In this document: piece after piece, positions 12,428 to 23,799 of the stretch
Position numbering within the stretch: the first letter of the stretch is position 1
Layout: each line of letters opens with the position of its first letter
Origin: Squalus acanthias
Lineage: Eukaryota
Reading direction: 5' to 3'
Length of the DNA: 64,000 nucleotides
Assembly: GCA_030390025.1 (NCBI GenBank)
Contig: CM059432.1
Coordinates: forward strand, 143,346,001 to 143,410,000
The notes under the pieces: model-generated
The model's input: the letters and a program-made list of their open reading frames with translations, nothing else
The model's database searches: none
Told to the model about the DNA's origin: nothing
Program-made: the position numbers and the translations under genes

Positions 12428-12562
12428 GTTTAAAGGAAGGGTCATCGACCTGAAACGTTAACTCTGTTTCTCTCTCCACAGATGCTGCCTGACCTGCTGA
12501 GTATTTCCAGCATTTTCTGTTTTTATTTCAGATTTCCAGCATCCGCAGTATTTTACTTTTGT
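12428..12562 (+). mobile_element. 5'-truncated Penelope-like terminal repeat with half a hammerhead and 9-bp TSD
   Basis: ggtcatcgacctgaaacgttaactctgtttctctctccacagatgctgcc..., same family as 18630-18765; TSD attccggtt at 12419-12427 and 12563-12571; CUGANGA half of the core is missing. Confidence 0.85.
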
Positions 12563-14777
12563 ATTCCGGTTAACTAATGTTTTATACATTCTGCTAAACA
12601 TGTTCAAAGTCCATGTTTGGAAAGAGACTGCTTTAGGCTGTATTTTCCAAATAACAATCTATTCTGTTCTACATTTAGTTTAATCTAGCTGGCAGTACAA
12701 CAACCAGAAGTGGAGAGTTTTGAAAAAATTGCAATTGCTAATGGGTAATGCTACTGCTGAATCTCACAGATGATATTAAACTAGGGATGGCAAGCAAACC
12801 TGCCAGGAACCTACAAAAAGGAGTTAAATGAAATCTACAATGAAATCAATCAACAGTAGATGAAATGCAATACAAGTTAAGTGCAAGGTGCTATACACTG
12901 GCAGGAAAAACGAATGACATGAAGGGCACAGATAGACACGTGGGAGTATGATATCGTAGCTATTACTGAAACATGGCTGAAAGAAGGGCAGGAATGGCAG
13001 CTCAACATTCTTGGTTACAGGGTTTTCAGATGAGATAGAGGGGGGGATAAAAAAGGAGTTGGGGTCGCAATATTGGTTGAAGAAACAATTACAGCTGTGA
13101 GGAGGGATGATATGTTAGAAGGATCATCAAAGGAGGTCATATGGGTTGAACTGAAGAACAAAAATGGGGCAATCACACTGCTGGGAGTGTACTATAGACC
13201 CTCAAATAGTCAGAGAGATAGAAGAACAAATATTTAGGCAAATTTCAGAGAAGTGAAAGAACGATAGGGCAGTAATAATAGGGGATTTCAACTACCCTAA
13301 TATTAACTGGGATAGAATCAGTGTAAAAGGTATAAAGGGTGCAGAATTCTTAAAATGCATTCAGGAGAACTTTTTTAGTCAGTACGTAGCAAGCCCAACA
13401 AGAAAGGGGGCGGTTCTGGACTTGGTTTTAGGGAATGAAGCTGGGCAGGTGAAAGGGGTATCAGTGGAAGAGCATTTTGGTGTTAGTGATCATAATTCAG
13501 TTAGAGTTAGCGTAGTTATGTAAAAAGCTAGACCAGGAGTAAAAGTTCTCAATTGGAGAAAGACCATTTTTACTAAGCTGAGATGTGATTTAGTAAAAGT
13601 GGACTGGAAACAGCTACTTTAAGGTAAATTAGTGTCAGAGCAGTGGGAGCCATTCAAGGAGGAGATAGTGAGGGGGTCAGAGCAAATATGTTCTCACAAA
13701 GAAAAAGGGTGGGACTCCCAAATCTAAAGCACCCTGGATGTCAAGGGGCATACAGGGTAGGATAAGGCAAAAAAGGGAAGCTTATGTCAGATACTGAGAG
13801 CTAAATACTGCAGAAAGCCTAGAGAAGTATAGAAAGTGCAGGGGTGAAATAAAAAAGGAAATTAGGAATGTAAAGAGAGAGGGCATAAAAAAATATTTGC
13901 AACTAAAATCAAGGAAAACCCAAAGATGTTTTATAAATACATAAAGAGCAAGAGGATAACTAAAGAAAGAGTAGGGCCTATTAGAGACCAAAAAGGTAGC
14001 CTGTGTGTGGAGGTGGAAGACGTGGGTATGGTTCTTAATGAATACTTTGCGTCTATCTTCACAAAAGAGAGGCACGATGCATACATTGTAATTAAGGAGT
14101 AGTGTGAAATATTAGATGAGATAAACATAATGAGAGAGGAAGTATTAAGAAGTTTAGCATCTTTGAAAGCAGATAAATCGTTAGGCCCGGATGAAATGTA
14201 TTTCAGGCTGTTAAGAGAAGCAAGGGAGGAAACAGTGGAGGCTCTGACCATCATTTTCCAATCCTCTCTGGCTACAGGTGTGGTGCTGGAGAACTGCTAA
14301 CGTTGTAGCGTTGTTTAAAAAGGGAGAAAGGGATAGGCCGAGTAATTACAGGCCAGTCAGCCTATCCTTGGTGGGGGGAAAATTATTGGAAAAAAATTCT
14401 GAGGGACAGGATAAATCTTCATTTAGAAAGGCACGGAATAATCAAGGACAGTCAGCATGGATTTGTTAAGGGAAGGTCGTGTCTGACTAACTTGATTGAA
14501 TTTTTTGAGGAGATAACAAGGAGGGTCGATGAGGGTAGCGCGTTTGATGTAGTCTACGTGGATTTTAGCAAGGCTTTTGACAAGGTCCCACATAGCACAC
14601 TGGTCAGAAATGTAAAAGTCCATGGGAGCTAAGGGAAAGTGGCAAGTTGGATCCAAAACTGGCTCCATGGCAGGAAGCAAAGGGTAATGGTCGATGGGTG
14701 TTTTTGTGACTGGAAGACTGTTTCCAGTGGGGTTCCATAGGACTCAGTACTGGGTCCCTTGCTTTTTGTGGTATATA

Positions 14778-15133
14778 CAGGAAACTCTTTATTAACCGGC
14801 ACCGACGGGACCGGCGTGGTGCCGGTTGATCAAAAAGTCCGGATTACAGAGAGGTATACTTACCAAGGTACGAGAGCCCCGTACACGGCCACAAGTGCAG
14901 GAGCCCCGGTTACATGGCCACAGATCCAGGAGTCCCTGGTGCACGGCCACAGGTGCAGGAACCCCGGTTACATGGCCACAGATCCAGGAGTCCCTGGTGC
15001 ACGGCCACAGGTGCAGGAACCCCGGTTACACGGCCACTAATATATAGTAAAACTTACCTGAACCTACTCCTGAATTTTGCCGGTTAAGAGAGATTTCTGG
15101 ATATTTAGGTGTCGGTTAAAAGAGAGTTTCCTG
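14778..15133. mobile_element. Tc1/mariner-superfamily (pogo/Tigger-like) MITE, 356 bp, TA TSD
   Basis: TIRs caggaaactctttattaaccggcacc / ggtgtcggttaaaagagagtttcctg flanked by TA on both sides; splits the CR1 VVYINDL codons. Confidence 0.88.
14868..15037. repeat. 29-bp GC-rich minisatellite with 58-bp higher-order (A/B) period inside the MITE
   Basis: ggccac anchors at 14887, 14916, 14945, 14974, 15003 and 15032; units alternate ggccacaggtgcaggaaccccggttacat / ggccacagatccaggagtccctggtgcac. Confidence 0.93.
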
Positions 15134-16190
15134 TATATCAATGATTTAGACTTCAATGTAGGGGGCATGATTAAGAAGTTTCCAGATGATACAAAAATTG
15201 GCCGTGTGGTTGATAGTGAGGAAGAAAGCTGTAGACTGCAGGAAGAGATCAATGGACTGGTCAGGTGGGCAGAAAAGTGGCAAATGGAATTCAATTCGGT
15301 GAAGAGAGAGGTAATGCATTTGGGGAGGGCTAACAAGGCAAGGGAATACACAATAAATGGTAGGATACGGAGAAGTGTAGAGAAACAGAGGGACCTTGGA
15401 GTGCATATCTACAGATCCCTGAAGGTAGCAGGACAGGTAGATAAAGTGGTTAAGAAGACATACGGGATATTTTCCTTTATTAGTCAAGGCATAGAATATA
15501 AGAGCAGGGAGGTTAAGCTTGAAGTGTATAAAGCACTAGTTAGGCTACAGTTAAGAGTACTGCGTACAGTTCTGGTCATCATATTACAGGAAAAATGTGA
15601 TTATACTAGAGAGGGTACAGAGGAGATTTACAAGGATGTTGCCAGGACTGGAGAATTTTAGCTTGAAGGAAATATTGGATAGGCTGGGGTTGTTTTCTTT
15701 GGAACAGAGGAGGCTGAGGGGAGACTTAATTAAGGTGTACAAAATTATGAAGGGACTAGATAGAGTAGATAGGAAGGACCTAAGCAGAGAGATTAATAAC
15801 CAGGGGCAAAAATGTAAAGTAATTGGTAGAAGGAATAGAGGGAAGTTGAGGAGAACTTTTTTTCACCCAGAGGGTGGTGGGGGTCTGGAACTCATTGCCT
15901 GAAAGGGTGGTAGAGGCAGAAACCCTCATCACATTTAAAAAAGTACTTGGATATGCGCTTAAAGTGCCGTAACCTACAGGACTACGGATCAAGAGCTGGA
16001 AAGTGGGATTAGGCTGGATTGCTCTTTTTTGGCCCGCACAGACACAATGGGCCGAATGGCCACCTTCTGTGCTGTAAATTTCTATGATGATATGAAGTAT
16101 ACTATAGATGGTGTCGGTGAAGCAGAAAGGGATCAGAAAATGCTGGAAATACTCAGCAGGTTAGGCAGCATCTGTGGAGAGAGAAACAAT

Positions 16191-17837
16191 GGCCAGGATA
16201 TTCCTTACCTTGGCGGGTCCAGTGCAGGTGAAGTTGGTGGTGGGTCGTGGCCCCACTGCTGGCTCCATCCCGCTCTGGAAAATGAATTTACGTCGATGGG
16301 GCTTCTTAAGCCCGCCCAGCGCGTTTCTCGGTCCAATTAGAGGAAGCGGGTCTGGTGATGTCATTCATGGCGCGTCATCAGCCGGTTTCCTTAAAGGCCA
16401 CCTTACTTTTGACATTTGTGCTGCCAATGTTCTACAGCATTGAAATACTGCAAACACTGACAAGCACTGCGTAGAGGTGCAGTGCTGCACCCAGGCTCTC
16501 CCATGACTCCCTCCATATGTATATGGAGGGAGTCAGAGCATGCAGGGAGGTCCTCTTCCCTTCCGATGGGCGGAAGAGACCTTCCCAGGAGAACAAAACA
16601 GCCTGGTTGCCCTTTGCACAGGAAGGCACAAGCAGGGATGTCGACAGGAGGACCAGGCTGCAGTGGCGCAAACCTTTCAATGATCTCAGTAGATCACGAA
16701 ACGTTAGTATAAAAGCCACTCAACCTCATCCTGCTGTGCCTCTCATCACATCCCCATCACTCTGCCTTCCCTACCCTACTCCTGCACATCCTTACTCACA
16801 CCAACTTATCTTGCACCTCCACCCATCCCTCTCTATCTACATTATCACATCCTCATCTCACTAGTCACCCCTCACACTCATCCGAGTGCAATCATACCAA
16901 CTATCAGACAAGGGTAGCCATTTGGGTGTTTTATGCAATATTCATGTAAAGTTTCTGTTAATATGCTGTCAAACATTGAAACCTTTATTTTCAACATCTT
17001 CCGGTCTTGGACAGATTTGTGTGCACCTTTGGAAGTGGCTTAGTGAGTTGCAGTGAATGGTAAGACATAACGGTACCCTCCACAATGATGGTGAGTGTGA
17101 AAGGAATGGCTTGGACATTGTACAGATGCTTTATGGTGTTGGTGTGGTGCTAACCTAGCGCATCATGTGGCAGCCAGGGTGTACAGCGTCAAGTGAAATA
17201 AATCTGGCCATGGTGAGGCCATCCCTGGCCTACTGTGCAGCATCAGGTTATTACAGAGAAGGTTGGTGGTGTTGTTGGGGCTGATCGTGGTCAGATTGAG
17301 GACCAAGGTGAGACAGTATAAAGCGCGCCCATGTTGATGGAATATATGGCAGGTAAAGTAGAGATGACAGAAGCATTCTGTCAATGGTGAGAGAGTTCTT
17401 CCAATGAGGCAAGAATGGATGGAGAGTGGAAAGTGGAAAGCCTGCAGAATCTGCACTGAAATGGACTGAGAAACAGCTTGTGGCTGAGGAAAGTGATGAT
17501 CTGTCAGGTGGGAGCTTTTACTGTATATTTGAAGCTGTCAAGTAATCAGCTGGAGCAATGGCCACTGAACTCACGCCTCAGATTCAAAGACATGGTCCCC
17601 AAGCAGTGTGGACCCTGTGGGCGAGCAGTTAAAGTTAAAAGGTAAGGTTAAAAGCATTATTAAGGGTCTGTCAACAACCCAATAATTGGTTTAATTGGGT
17701 CGCCTGCCTCTGCAGGTTGGGTCAGAGATCACACACATTTCTGTGGGAAAGGCGCATTGCGGCAGGGTAAAAAAAATCAAATTTCCCACCCGACCCGCCA
17801 CCGATCCCGCCCGCTGAGCCCCCAGAAAATTCCGGCC
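16191..17837 (+). mobile_element. PIF/Harbinger-like DNA transposon remnant with decayed Myb/SANT-like ORF
   Basis: Imperfect TIRs ggccaggatattc / gaaaattccggcc. ORF 16517 EGVRACREVLFPSDGRKRP...AWLPFAQE...RTRLQWRKPFNDL resembles the Harbinger Myb/trihelix protein. It splits the Penelope terminal repeat (gagagaaac|agagtt). Confidence 0.75.
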
Positions 17838-17839
17838 AG

Positions 17840-17876
17840 AGTTACCGTTTCAAGTCGATGACCTTTCGTCAGAACT
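17840..17876 (-). ncRNA. Hammerhead motif with mutated cleavage site (probably inactive)
   Basis: AGUU-CUGACGA-AAGGUCAUCGACUU-GAAA-CGGU-AACU; GGU in place of GUU removes U16.1. Confidence 0.6.
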
Positions 17877-18626
17877 GGAAAAAACTTTGTCCTCACCTTT
17901 CACCCCACCAGCCTCTGCCATTTCCACCACCTCCAGCGAGATCCCACCACCAAACACACCTTCCCGGCCTCTTTCAGCATTCCGAAGGGACCGTTCCCGT
18001 CGCGACACCCTGGTCCACTCCTCAATCACCCCCAACACCCCCTTCCCCTTCCCATGGCACCTTCCCGTGCAAGTGCAGGAGATGCAAAACCTGCCCTTTT
18101 ACCTCCCCCCCCTTCCCACCCTCCAAGTCTCCTCTACATTGGGGAGACCAAACGCAGATTGGCTGACCGCTTTGCGTTCAGTCTGCAAGCGTGAACCTGA
18201 GCTTCTGGTCGCCTGTCACTTTAATTCTCCACTTCACTCCCACTCTGACTTCTCGGTCCTCGGCCTCTTACACTGTTTGAACGAAGCTCAACGCAAGCTC
18301 GAGGAACGGCACCTCATCTTTCGAATTGGCATTTTGCAGCCTTCCAGACTCAACATCGAGTTCAACAATTTCAGATCATAACCCCTGCCCCCATTTTTTC
18401 CCCCAGACAGCAGCTATTGATGATTCTGCTGCACCTCTTCTCGACCCATCTTTTGTTTCTTTACTTGTCCCATTATCATCTCCTTTTGCTTCGTACAATC
18501 ATACCTTTTGTCATTTAATCTCCTGCCTTCCACCCTATCAGTTGTTCCCTTTTGTACTTTCCTCCCCTCCCCCCTTTCCCTGCCTCTGCACTTGCTTAAA
18601 TCCTGTTAAATCTCGAACTTTTTTCT

Positions 18627-18661
18627 GTTCTGATGAAAGGTCATCAACTTGAAACGTTAAC
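18627..18661 (+). ncRNA. Hammerhead motif with weakened helix II
   Basis: GUU-CUGAUGA-AAGGUCAUCAACUU-GAAA-CGUU-AAC. Confidence 0.6.
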
Positions 18662-19711
18662 TCTGTTTCTCTCTCCACAGATGCTGCCGGACCTGCTGAG
18701 TATTTCCAGCATTTTCTGTTTTTATTTCAGATTTCCAGCATCTGCAGTATTTTGCTTTTTGTGTTGCAGAAAGGGATCAGAGCAAATAAGATTAGTCAAT
18801 GAAAGATGTTAAATCACTGTGGAGCAGCAATAAGCACAGTGAATGGAATGCGTAATTATTCTGCTACATCAGTTAATGTACAAGTTGGAAGACATCATAC
18901 TAGTAACCGTACAATGCCCGGGTCAGATCGCACCTCGAGTACTGCGTTCAGTTTCGGTTGAAAATGCCTTTCAAGCCATGCAGTTGGTGCAGAGGATGGC
19001 CAAGAGACTGATATCCAGCATCAAAGGAACTTGAGAAACTGTCTTGAAAGGAAGTGACTGGGAGCAGACATTATACAATATATCAAAAGGTCAAGGATGC
19101 AGTTAATCTCCCCTCTGAAACTTTTGCCAATTACCTTAAACCTTAAGGAAAAGCATTGGAAAGTGCTGAATAGTGAACTGCTGTGGTAGCAGTGTGGGAT
19201 GGCTCATTCTGCTGTGGTAACACTGTGGGAGCGGTGTGGGATGGCTCATTCTGCTGCCAGGGTCAGCATCAGGTTTGCAGCAAGTTATCGAGCAGAAACA
19301 ACCATGGCCAAGTTTCCTGCCGCTTAATTTAGCCACAAGTAGAGGCATGTACTTTTTAAAAAGTTCACTTTTTGTACTCCAGAAAATTGGCTGTTTAATA
19401 GGACTTAATGGTTTTAACACCGTTAACTGTAATCTTCGATTTATAAAAACTGGTGTGACTTAGAAAGAAAATCCCAAATAAACTGCCACAATCTTTAGCT
19501 CAGAAAAAACCCAGCAAAATCAATGAACTCACTGAAAAATACCTGTGCCTAAGACATCAAACTCAATTACAAATCAATAAAAAAAAACTTCAACATAGCT
19601 GGATTAATTTTTACGATAGCAAAATACTGCGGATGCTGGAAAATTGAAACAACAACAGAAAACGCTGGAAAAACTCAGCAGGCCAGGCAACATCCGTGGA
19701 GAGAGAAACAG

Positions 19712-19747
19712 AGTTAACGTTTCAGGTCGAAACCCTTCATCAGAACT
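19712..19747 (-). ncRNA. Minimal type I hammerhead ribozyme motif, intact, sense to NUDCD1 intron 8
   Basis: AGUU-CUGAUGA-AGGGU(UUCG)ACCU-GAAA-CGUU-AACU: helix I AGUU/AACU, UUCG-capped helix II, palindromic AACGUU helix III, GUU triplet. Confidence 0.82.
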
Positions 19748-19973
19748 GAGAAAAAAGCAGGAAATGAAACAGATAAAAAAGCAAGGGGGAGGTGCTGGCA
19801 CCTTCACACTTCTGAGCCACCTTTTGTTTCTTAACCTGTCCTATTACCATCTTATCTTGCCTTGAGCATCTCTTAATGTCTCTACTTACCATAGACCACC
19901 CCTTTTGTTCTTAATTCCTCCCCCCAGCCTCCCCCTTGCTTTTTTATCTGTTTCATTTCCTGCTTTTTTCCTC

Positions 19974-20009
19974 AGTTCTGACGAAGGGTTTCGACCTGAA
20001 ACGTTAACC
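19974..20009 (+). ncRNA. Minimal type I hammerhead ribozyme motif
   Basis: AGUU-CUGACGA-AGGGU(UUCG)ACCU-GAAA-CGUU-AACC; helix I shortened to 3 bp. Confidence 0.75.
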
Positions 20010-20434
20010 CTGTTTCTCTCTCCACGGATGTTGCCTGGCCTGCTGAGTTTTTCCAGCGTTCTCTGTTGCTGTTTGGATGAATTTTTAAATTGATCCAGGA
20101 ATTGTTTAAGTGTGACAGGTCGACCAGCCCCTGCACCACCTGCTGTTGTGACTATGGAGGTTGTAGTGAACTGTCAGGAGAAGGTGCCACTGAGGGAAGG
20201 GCTGCGGGGTTAGGGAAGGGGTAAGAGAGGTGGCATTGGGAAGTGATAGAGGGGAAGGCCCGTGCCTCAATGGAAGAGCGAGCACAGCGCAGTAACTTTT
20301 TAAGTTGTCTGGTGGTGGCATTGATGAGCTGGGTCTGGCTGGGGTCTTCCTGGGAGGTTGTGGAAGGGAACAATGGGGTCAGGAACAGTAGGCAGAGAAG
20401 ACTAGGAGTGGGAGAAGCAGTTAGATTGTGAGCA

Positions 20435-20763
20435 TGCGGACCATGGGTTTCTTTGACAGCACCTCCCAAACCCGCGACCTCTACCAACTAGAAGGACAAG
20501 GGCAGCAGGTGCATGGTAACACCACCACCTCCAAGTTCCCCTCCAAGTCACAGTTGGAAATATAAATCAGCTGTTCCTTCACCGTCGCTGGATCAAAATC
20601 CTGGAACTCCCTCCCTAACAGCATTGTGGGAGCACCTTCACCACACAGACTACAGCGGCTCAAGAAGGCGGCTCACCACCACCTTCTCAAGGGCAATTAG
20701 GGAGGGGCAATAAATGTTGGCCTTGCCAGCGACGCCCACATCCCATGAATGAATTTTAAAAAA
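20435..20763 (+). mobile_element. CR1-type LINE 3' fragment (second family)
   Basis: tcaaaatcctggaactccctccctaacagc ... gggcaataaatgttggccttgccagcgacgcccacatcccatgaatgaat tail; related copies at 25125-25370, 50740-51085 and 52755-53170 (minus). Confidence 0.8.
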
Positions 20764-21257
20764 TTACATTGATAGCTGCATATACACATTAGGAAAATGA
20801 GCCCATAAAACATCAGTTATAGTACAGCATGGAAGGTGGATTACCACCTTAGGCTTCTCAATCACAAACACCTATCTGAGTAAAAAACATTAAATGAATG
20901 CACTCAAGATACACTTTCAGCACTACACATTTCAGTTACTGCAAAAACAAATATGAAAATTAAAAAGTAATTGCATGTGAATCAATTATGAAATCTGAAT
21001 GAGCCAATCAACTGAAATAAATTTGCAATCAGTACAGATGTGACAAAGTTGCCTGGGATCCCTATTATAATGAAATGCCACACGAAAGTGTGAAGCAGGA
21101 AAGTGTGATGGACGGGGAATGCGTCACCCACGGTGCTCACGCTAAGTCGGTGTTGTTTTACAAGGACAGCAATATGCTTTGTAAAACAGTGCATTATTCT
21201 GCTGCTAGCTGCAAGTTAGTCCAGTCACACTCCAGAGACTTAAGCACAAAATCTAAA

Positions 21258-21707
21258 AAGACTTCCATTTCTATAGCACCTTTCACAAACTCAGGATATC
21301 CCAAAGCGCTTTAAAGTCAATGAAGTACTTTTGAAATGTAGTCACTGTTGTAATATAGGAAACGCGGCAGCCAATTTTCACACAGCAAGCTCCCACAAAC
21401 AGCAATGAGATAAATGATCAGATAATCTGTTTTAGTGATGTTGTTTGAGGGATAAATATTGGCCAGGACACTGGGAAGAACACCCCCTGCTCTTCTTCAA
21501 AATTGTGCCATGGGATCTTTTATGTCCACCTGAGGGGTCAGACACGGTGTAACGTCTCATCTGAATTGCGGCACCTCCAACAGTGCAGCACTCCCTCAGT
21601 ACTGCACTGGGACTGTCGGCATGGATTTTGTTCTCAAGTCTCTGGAGTGGGACTTGAACCATGGCCTTCTGACTCAGATGCGAATACCGACTGAGCCACA
21701 GCTGGCA
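21258..21707 (-). mobile_element. Full-length Deu-domain tRNA-derived SINE (SacSINE1-like)
   Basis: Reverse complement has A box (tggctcagtcgg), B box (ggttcaagtcc), Deu core aaaagatcccatggcac...gtgtcctggccaatatttatccctca and an L2-like tail. Confidence 0.88.
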
Positions 21708-23799
21708 CCTTGCATTAAACCAATTTGCATCTTCCTTCTCTACTAAATATCTCTGCAACGGTTCTGAACGTCAGCAATAAGGTTCTGCTTAAACCTTCTA
21801 TTAAGACATAGCCTCCTTATTATCTCTACATTAAATGCTTTCCTGAATTACTTGATGGGGCAAATAATTCACAAGCAAAATAAAAGGAACTAGGTTATGA
21901 AACAAGCAATTTGGAAGAAATCCTTCCATTAAGTAATAAATGAATGAAGGATTCATGGTTTTGTACCATGAAAACCTCACATCATTTAATGTCTAGGATG
22001 AGACATATTTTCAAAACATTAGAAAGGTTTTGAGAGAATGGATGTGACTGAGTGAAGGGAAACTGAAAACAGCCAAACACAAAGACCAATGGTTTCTGAA
22101 GCACCACAGATCAATGTTTTAAAAGATATATTTCAGTCTGAGGCAGTATTAAGCATTTTCATCTTCAGAGTGACAGTTCGATTTTTTTTTTAAATTTAAG
22201 ACAAAATACATCACAATATAGATTTTAAACATGAACGTAGCAAATCATGATTTCTTCGACAAGGTAGAGGGCAGCACAATGTTTTGATTCTTGACTGGTA
22301 TGTTCTTTATTTGTGCTTTACCTCAGGTTTAAATGTTCTTTTTCCTCATCTGTCTAAAGTCCTCCAGTGGAACCTTCAAGGTTCTGTCCTACAAGGCTGA
22401 GGATAGCGGCCAACTTTGCTGGGGGCAGGGGCGGACACAGGTTAAACTCAAGCGTCCAATGCATGTGCAGATAGATCATAATCCATCATGAGATATTTCA
22501 GATATAAAGCAAGCAAGAGGACAAAAAGTGCCGTGCAGGTGATACACCCACTGAGGAGTGGGGAATAGATCAACTGAAGCAAAGCAACAAACAGTCAACA
22601 ACTTGCATTTATATAGCAACTTCAATGTGGAAAAACACCCCCAAATGCTTCAAATACTCTGGACAAAAAAGAGGAACTTAATAAATAAGCTTTCTTTTTA
22701 CTAGGTACTGACTCTTTATGAACAGACTACATTTTTCTTCTTAAAAAAAAAAAGGACCTTTTAAAAAGAAGCTCGAATATCATACTGGAACACCTTTCAT
22801 TCCAAAAAGAGTGCTCGCAAATGATTTCTGAGCAGCAGTTTTACAGCACGAAACATGGGAGAGGGAAGCCACGACTAACACCAGTAACTAGATATCTCTA
22901 ACGTTTTAGATTCTCCTTAATTCAGTTGTGTGGATGGAAAATTCAATGGATGGAGAATAGCCTCAGAACACTATACTTCTTGTGCTATTAAAAAAGAGAG
23001 CATTCCATACAGGCACTATTTTTCAGAGTTAAGTCCATTATCTGTCTTTCACAGATTAAATTATAAATTGCCCTCTGTACAAGTCATCAGCAGACTGTAT
23101 TTGCTGTGCCCGAATTGAACACTCAAAATTAAATTGGGCTTAAATTTAATTCTGCTTCCCAGCAATAGTTGACAAACTATATATTTTTAAAATAAGACAT
23201 ATGGGTGCTTCTAGAAGGGAAAATCAGATGAGAGTTAACGTGACAGGTTTATTAACTCACTGGTACAAGAAATATCAATCTAACTGTGAACTTAAAAACA
23301 GAAAAAGTACTGCCATTTTTCAGAAAAGTCTACATTTAATGCAATGTGCAAACTACTGAATGATCACAAAAACACTAATATTTCTGTACACCCCCCAGTT
23401 CAGTTACTGGGGTAATTTTGTGTCATTAGCACTCTACATGCATAGCTTCATGAACCAGGAGTGGATGATTATCCATTAATATTAATGGGGTAGAAATTGG
23501 TACGTGTTCATAGAATCAGCAACCCCAGCTTCGCTAGTCTCTCTACAGAACTGAATTCCCTCATCCCATGTACATTGTACCTGTATTTCGGGTGCAAATT
23601 CCAATTTAACAGGGGGAGGGCCTGCGACCAATCTGCGCAGGCATTGGTCCCACTGCTGAATTTGTGGGTCTTTTCTTCAGGCGTTCTTTCAGCAGCAAAT
23701 GGGCTGAGGCAGGGACGGAGATGGGGCAATGTTACCGGCATCTTTGTGATGGAGAGGATATGGAGTAGGAAACTCAGCTTGGGGTCAAATAAGACGCGA

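Larger units (their letters stand above)
12925..16086 (+). mobile_element. CR1 LINE with near-complete decayed ORF2, inserted in an older CR1 and interrupted by a MITE
   Basis: AITETWL, GVYYRP, GDFNYP, SDHN, NYRPVSL, FPDDTK and tail motifs; imperfect TSD atgacatgaag (12914-12924) / atgatatgaag (16087-16097). Confidence 0.95.
16138..18765 (+). mobile_element. Penelope-like retroelement, 5'-truncated with inverted partial terminal repeat and GIY-YIG endonuclease remnant; 16-bp TSD
   Basis: 17890-18380 encodes GTFPCKCRRCKTCPF, GETKRRLADRF and VACHFNSPLHSH...RKLEERHLIFRIGILQPSRLNIEFNNF (frameshifted). Left inverted repeat at 16138-16188 plus 17838-17876. TSD gcagaaagggatcaga at 16122-16137 and 18766-18781. 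Confidence 0.9.
19614..20074 (-). mobile_element. Non-coding Penelope-like element with ~146-bp inverted arms and imperfect 13-bp TSD
   Basis: Arms 19647-19792 and 19928-20074 with a 135-nt spacer; TSD ggattaattttta (19601-19613) / ggatgaattttta (20075-20087). Confidence 0.85.

Noticed and set aside
14868..15037. Possible CRISPR-like repeat-spacer array or repetitive protein (ORFs 14759 and 14826)
   Set aside because: The alternating units are homologous to each other and recur; it is a minisatellite inside a MITE, and the ORFs are incidental.
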